A stretch of DNA of 56,756 nucleotides from Octopus bimaculoides (lineage: Eukaryota): positions 4,814,900 to 4,871,655 of the forward strand of contig NC_068993.1 of the NCBI RefSeq assembly GCF_001194135.2, given 5' to 3'. Position numbers and translations under genes: made by a program. Positions 50,041 to 56,756 of this stretch are shown here, piece by piece; position 1 is the first letter of the stretch; every line of letters begins with the position of its first letter. The notes below the pieces were generated by a model that worked only from the letters and a program-made list of their open reading frames with translations, ran no database searches and had not been told where the DNA came from.

Positions 50041-51716
50041 GCAGTTAGTAGCAGAAGTACCATCAGAGTTGGAACCTGGAATGTGAGAACCTTGTATCAA
50101 AGTACCATTTCATTCTTTTATGAACCATCAGTATGACGCGCACACACATACATGCATGTGTGTGTGTGTGTGTGTACAGATATGATGGGTTTCCTATGGT
50201 TTTAACTTCCAGATTCACTCTTAAGACATTAATTGTCCTGGAACATAATACAAGACAATTGTTCAAGGTGTAACATAGTTAAATTGAGCCCAAAATCCAC
50301 ACAGGTGAGAAGTGAGTTTTTTAATCTCAATAGCCATCAACAAGAAGATGACTGGCACCTATTTCGTAAAAGACAGAAAGATAAAAAGAAAACTAATATC
50401 TTGGTGTGATTTGAACTCAGAATTCAAAGAAACTACTTATGTGTAAGAGTTTTACCGAATCTAATGTAAAACTGGGAATGACATTTTTTTTATTAATTAA
50501 CATAAGTTATTTAAATTGCAAAGGTTGGTGGAGTAATTCTTCCTCTAATTAAAGGTACGACTCCACACAGTCCCCGTCAGAAGTAATGCACTTTCACCAT
50601 CTTTGGAATTCATTCTTTATTCCTTTTTTGCAAAACATATTGCTGTTGATGATGCTGTTTTTGTTGTTGTTGTTGGTGGTGGTGGCGGTCGTGGTGATGC
50701 TTTTGTCGATATTAGTGTTGTTTATGGAAGCAGTAGTTGTGTAGGTGTTGTGGTATTTGCTGTGGTGGCAATGATCGGACAACGTACTACTGATAGTTGC
50801 AGTAACGCAGACGGTGATGATGAGGAGGAGGAGGAGGATAAGAGGAAGACGAGGAGGAGGAGGAAAACGATGATGATGAGGGTGGTGGTGGTGGTGGTGA
50901 TGAGGGGGAGAAAGGGGAGGATGGGGAAAGGTGCAGAATGAGGAGGGAGGAATGTAGGATCAAATGCTGGTATTGATGTTTAGATGTAGAGTTGCTGATA
51001 ATTAGATGCACAATTATTGATGACGGTTATGATGATGGTGATGATGGTGATGATGGTGATGATGATGATGACTTTAAAGATGGTATGGTGTAGAGGAAGC
51101 TGGAGGTGGTGGTGGTGGTGGCACATTATCTTTCCATTCCCTCTGTTGTGTTCTTCTCCAAACATTATCCAAATTTATTGTCTTGACCTAAATGTCTCTC
51201 CTTGCCCCGCCCCGTCCCGCTCCGCCCCACTCGCCTTCCTTCATCCAGTGTGTCACTCAGTTCAAACTCCAGATACCCATGCCATCCATTTTCCCCCCAC
51301 CCTGGTTTCGAGGGGTTGAACCAATCAATATACAATATGTAGGGGATATAATCATATGGTAATCAGTTTACATTCCTTCATCTTCGAAGGTGGTGGTGGT
51401 GGTGGTGGTGGCGGCGGCGGCGGCGGTGGCAGTGGCGGTTGGTGTGGTAGTGGTAGTGGTGGTGGTTGTGGTGGTGATGGTAACAGTGATAGTGTTGTTG
51501 AGAGTGCTAAGGTTGCCAGTGATGGTCGCTAGTCAATGATGGGTGGTGGCGAAATGCAATGATGGTGATGGTTCTAGTGTCTGTGGTGGTGGTGGTGGTA
51601 GTGGTAATGATGTTTATCATAGCGGTGCATGTACTACTTACTTGTAGTACTGACAGAGGTTGTTGTTGTTGTTGCTGTTGTTGTTGCTGACGTAGAGGTT
51701 ATGATGGTTATGGTGC

Positions 51717-51749
<33 letters not shown>

Positions 51750-52265
51750 NNNNNNNNNNNNNNNNNNNNNNNNNNNNNNNNNNNNNNNNNNNNNNNNNNN
51801 NNNNNNNNNNNNNNNNNNNNNNNNNNNNNNNNNNNNNNNNNNNNNNNNNNNNNNNNNNNNNNNNNNNNNNNNNNNNNNNNNNNNNNNNNNNNNNNNNNNN
51901 NNNNNNNNNNNNNNNNNNNNNNNNNNNNNNNNNNNNNNNNNNNNNNNNNNNNNNNNNNNNNNNNNNNNNNNNNNNNNNNNNNNNNNNNNNNNNNNNNNNN
52001 NNNNNNNNNNNNNNNNNNNNNNNNNNNNNNNNNNNNNNNNNNNNNNNNNNNNNNNNNNNNNNNNNNNNNNNNNNNNNNNNNNNNNNNNNNNNNNNNNNNN
52101 NNNNNNNNNNNNNNNNNNNNNNNNNNNNNNNNNNNNNNNNNNNNNNNNNNNNNNNNNNNNNNNNNNNNNNNNNNNNNNNNNNNNNNNNNNNNNNNATATA
52201 TATATATATATATACACACACACATACAACACTACTGCCACTGTCACCACTACCACCACCAAAAA

Positions 52266-52390
52266 GGTGCATGGCTTAGTGGTTAGAGTGACAGGCTCAC
52301 AATCATGAGGTTGTGTGTTCAATTCTCAGACCAAGCTGTGTGTTGTGTTCTTGAGCAAGACACTTTATTTCATGACCCTCCAGTTCACTA
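52266..52390 (+). mobile_element. tRNA-derived SINE head (family E)
   Basis: A box TGGCTTAGTGG, B-box-like GTTCAATTCTC, then GTGTTCTTGAGCAAGACACTTTATTTCA. Confidence 0.75.
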
Positions 52391-52412
52391 ATAACAATAA
52401 TAATAATAATAG

Positions 52413-52624
52413 TAATAATCCTTTCCTTTATAGGCACAAGGCCTGACATTTTGGAGAGGAAGATCAATTGATTATATTGACCCCCAGTACTCAATTGGTA
52501 TTTATTTTATCGACCCCCAAAAGGATAAAAGAGAAAGTCGATCTCAGCAGGATTTGAACTCAGAATGAAACGCCGGTCAGCATTTTGCCAGGTGTGTTAA
52601 TGATTCTGCCAGCTCGTCACCTTG
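52413..52624 (-). mobile_element. SINE family B, full length
   Basis: Reverse complement of 5211-5432. Confidence 0.85.
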
Positions 52625-52993
52625 TTCTCCATTGTAATATTAATTGATTCGGATTCAATGTAAAATTACTGTAATAACAGGGTGTATAAACTGATCAAAG
52701 CGCTTACCACGGATTAAACATACTTCTTTCAGAATAATGACATAAATACATTGATTACTTACTTTCAGCGGTGCACAAGGTCATATGTCAACAGAGGAGA
52801 GGTCTACATTCATTAATTAATCCAATGAATTACTGGTATTTATTAACCTGAGAGGAATGAAAGACACAGTGCCACTCAGAAGAGTTTGAACTTCGGAAAA
52901 GAAGAGAGATACTGAACTATTACAGCTTGTGTATGTATCTGTGTGTGTATTTGTGTATGAATGTATATATAAATATGTGTATGTGTATGTGCA

Positions 52994-53051
<58 letters not shown>

Positions 53052-53059
53052 TATATATA

Positions 53060-53284
53060 TTCTTTTATTATTTTACTTGTTTCAGGCATTTGACTGCGAC
53101 CATGCTGGAGCATCGCCATGAAGGGTTTTAGTCAAACAAATCGACCTCAGGACTTTTTTTTATTTTTAAAGCCTAGTACGTATTTTATCGTTCTCTTTTT
53201 CTGAACTGCTAAGTTACAGTGACATAAACACACCAACACCAGTTGTCAAGTAGTAATGGGAAGACACACACACACACACATACA

Positions 53285-53328
<44 letters not shown>

Positions 53329-53420
53329 AAAGAATTCTTCCGGTTTCCATCTCCCAAATCCACTCAGAAAGCTTTGGTCAGCCCAAGGCTATAGTAGAAG
53401 AACCATTTGGCCAAGGTGCC
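53060..53420 (-). mobile_element. SINE family A, lacking the extreme 5' end
   Basis: Reverse complement of ~17975-18320, including the internal (CA)/(TA) tract. Confidence 0.85.
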
Positions 53421-53455
53421 ATACATACATCAATATATAGATAGATAGATAGATA

Positions 53456-53491
<36 letters not shown>

Positions 53492-54730
53492 CCCTCCCTG
53501 CTTCTTCATATTCTAAGTTTACTAAGTTATTTTATGAAGCAAACTGCAATCCTTACCTTTTTAAATGCATATTTTCTCACAAGAGGTGCTATGGAACAAA
53601 TCTACAAATATTTTTTATCCAGAATTAATTCATTCATATGTCCTATATTCTTATATACAATTAATTAAATTAATTATATATCTTGTTATGTAATTTTCTT
53701 GTATATTTACTTATTTGCAGTGTCTTTTCTATTCTATACCTATTGTCTGGTTCATTATTGTCTTAATGAAGTGAGAATATTAATTGTCAAATGAATCTAG
53801 ATATTCTGCACTCTGAAGAGAAAATCTATTTTGTACTTAAGTCTGATGGGACATAACATTTAAAAAGAATTGATTGTAATTATCTAGATAGGTTCATTTT
53901 AGTCTTTTGGTTGGCATCTTACCAATTTCCTGGAAAAGAACAATGTTGGGTCTTGTTGGTTCTCTTTTGTACTAAGCTTAAAAGTTCATAATCTTTAGAG
54001 AAGGTGAAATGAGAATATATGGTCATCTTTCTTCTGTTACTAATGGCATCGATGAAAAGAAATGGTTCCAAGCAAGAAGCAGAACTACGTTGAAATTCCA
54101 GTCTGCTGTGGGCTAAACTTTTCTTCGATAAAACTTGTTGGCACCAGGGAATATTATGTTGAGTTCTATAACATTGGTTAGTGGAGATTTTGGTACAAAA
54201 AGTTTCTTGAAGCACAAAGTATGTTGGTACATCAAATAGATGGAACTTATCTCTGTCTTCAAGCTATATTCTTTCATATGTTCCAGCCCTAAGGCTATGG
54301 TCATGCTGGAGCACTGCCACATACATTGTAGCATTAATTTTACTGCACCTAGCTAATGTTACTTTTGACAATTATCTGTCTATATCAAGTAATTTATCTA
54401 TCCATTTGTCCACACACACACAAACAGCTTATCATCATCATCATTTTCGTCGTCGTCATTATCATCATCATCGTCATCATCGTCATCATAATCATTGTCG
54501 TCATCATCATTTTTTGTCTACTTTCCATGTTGGCATGGGTTGGCCATTTTGACAGGATCCTTGTAAGTTGGATGACTTGAGGAATCCCACATAATAATGC
54601 CAAACATGGAAGTGGGGATCATGAAAGAGAGAAAAGCATGAAGGTGATATAAATTTGGAGAGAGAGAGTCATAAAAGGGAAGAGAGATGGAAGGGTCATG
54701 GCAGAGGGCCAAAGAGGGAGAGATGAGACA

Positions 54731-54880
54731 GTGTTTAGGTAACAGAACTTAGCGGTTCAGCAAAAGAACCGATAGAATAAGTACTAGGCTTACAGAGAAT
54801 AAGTCCCAGGGTCGATTTGTTCGACTAAAGGCGGTGCTCCAGTATGGCCAAAACAAGTAAAAGAATAAAAGAATAAGTAC
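54731..54880 (+). mobile_element. SINE family A 3' part
   Basis: AACTTAGCGGTTCAGCAAAAGAACCGATAGAATAAGTACTAGGCTTAC..GGTGCTCCAGTATGGCC..(AAAAGAAT)n. Confidence 0.85.
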
Positions 54881-55606
54881 AATGTAGAAAAATATGTAAA
54901 ATGTTGTAACATCACGTGGATGACTCAAACCTCTCCATGGTGAAGATAAATTTATGTTAATTATATGCAGGAACATAGGAGTAAGTGAGAGCATGGAAAA
55001 CATTTATGTGTTTGTGTTCTTGTCACAATTCTGGTCAAACATTTCATGCAAATAAATCAACCGATTCCTCTCCCATTCCTCAGAATCATGTAGCAAACAC
55101 ATTAAATTCTTTAGTACAAACAGAATTAAAAGCATATACTATACAAGTACATATATATATATTTACCGATGCATATACTCTTTCAATATGTATGTGTGTA
55201 CCGATCTATCTACGAACCTATATATATATATATATATATATATNNNNNNNNNNNNNNNNNNNNNNNNNNNNNNNNNNNNNNNNNNNNNNNNNNNNNNNNN
55301 NNNNNNNNNNNNNNNNNNNNNNNNNNNNNNNNNNNNNNNNNNNNNNNNNNNNNNNNNNNNNNNNNNNNNNNNNNNNNNNNNNNNNNNNNNNNNNNNNNNN
55401 NNNNNNNNNNNNNNNNNNNNNNNNNNNNNNNNNNNNNNNNNNNNNNNNNNNNNNNNNNNNNNNNNNNNNNNNNNNNNNNNNNNNNNNNNNNNNNNNNNNN
55501 NNNNNNNNNNNNNNNNNNNNNNNNNNNNNNNNNNNNNNNNNNNNNNNNNNNNNNNNNNNNNNNNNNNNNNNNNNNNNNNNNNNNNNNNNNNNNNNNNNNN
55601 NNNNNN

Positions 55607-55670
<64 letters not shown>

Positions 55671-56724
55671 TGATATATACATACATACACACATACGCAT
55701 ATGCGTATGAACAGGAATGGCAACCAGAGAAGTTGCCAAGAACTGTTCCATTTAAAAAATGCCAAACTATTTAAGTAAGAAGCTTATTTTTTCTCATTAC
55801 ACTTTAATGATGATTCCGCTACTGCTGCTGCTGCTGTTACTACTACTACTATTACTACTACTACTACTACACTGAGTAATTCTAGGCATATTGATCATCT
55901 GCTTTGTATTGATTAGTTTGGTGATCAAATTACAGAGAGCAAGATGAGTTTTGAAAAAAAAAATAGTAAATAAATAAATAAATAAAAGTAAAGAAATAAA
56001 TGATAGAAAAATAAAAAAGAATAAAAAAAAGCAGTTTTAAAAAATAGATACCGAAAAATGCACAAATTAGATATTAGCTAGGAAATACATTCCTTTCACT
56101 TGGAAGTGAGAATGAAAATTAGAGAGGTGCCAAAGAGCGATAAAATAGTAATAATAATAATGATAATAATAATAATAATGACGACGATGACAATGATGAC
56201 GACGACGACGATGATGATGATGATGATGTTGGTGGTAATGGTGGGGTGATGGTGATGGCAGTGGTTGTGGTGATAACAACAACAAAAATGATAATGGTGA
56301 TGATGATCATGATAATAACAATAATAATAATAATAATAATGACGATGATAATAATAATAATGATAATAATAATAATGATGATGATAATAATAATAATGAT
56401 AATAATAATAATGATATTGGTAATGACAACAGCAGCAGTAAATTAGAACGGAATTATCCATATGAGTACTTAGGAAAAGATGAAAGTGGTAAGAAGCAAC
56501 AGAAATACGTACATAAAAACGCAAAGAGAAAAGAGAAGTGTGGAAGAGTCAAGTGAATACGAGAGAATAAAAGTGAGGTGTCAGAAATAAGATTATAGGT
56601 ATAAATACACTAACTAGTCCGATTATAAAACTACCGCTTCAATATAATATACTGTACTTCATGAGAGTTCTTTACTGCGTTCTCAACTTAAAACCCTGAA
56701 ACTGTTTTACATATATATATATAC

Positions 56725-56756
<32 letters not shown>

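Noticed and set aside
54060-54090. Homeobox (KKWFQARSR resembles WFQNRR)
   Set aside because: Lacks the invariant Asn and the helix 1-3 pattern, and the frame stops shortly after.

Overview
AT-rich eukaryotic DNA saturated with microsatellites and broken by many N gaps. The repeat content suggests an octopus (coleoid cephalopod) draft assembly; this is inference. I cannot support any host protein-coding gene: nearly all supplied ORFs are translations of microsatellites or N runs. The window holds at least five short retroposon families, labelled A-E here (my labels), plus degenerate RTE-clade LINE fragments, two copies of a mariner-derived MITE and one piggyBac-type MITE. The most interesting signal is family D. 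It is a tRNA-headed SINE-like element carrying a minimal type-I hammerhead ribozyme motif (CTGATGA, helix II, GAAA, palindromic ACGT helix III). It occurs at three loci, always as a tail-out inverted repeat. One locus is flanked by a 14-bp target-site duplication, with the inversion junction at the ribozyme core. This resembles a non-autonomous element mobilised by Penelope-like retroelements. Two further, unrelated and degenerate hammerhead-like motifs occur at ~23.7 kb and ~34.3 kb. No computation, database search or assay was run, and most element boundaries are approximate.
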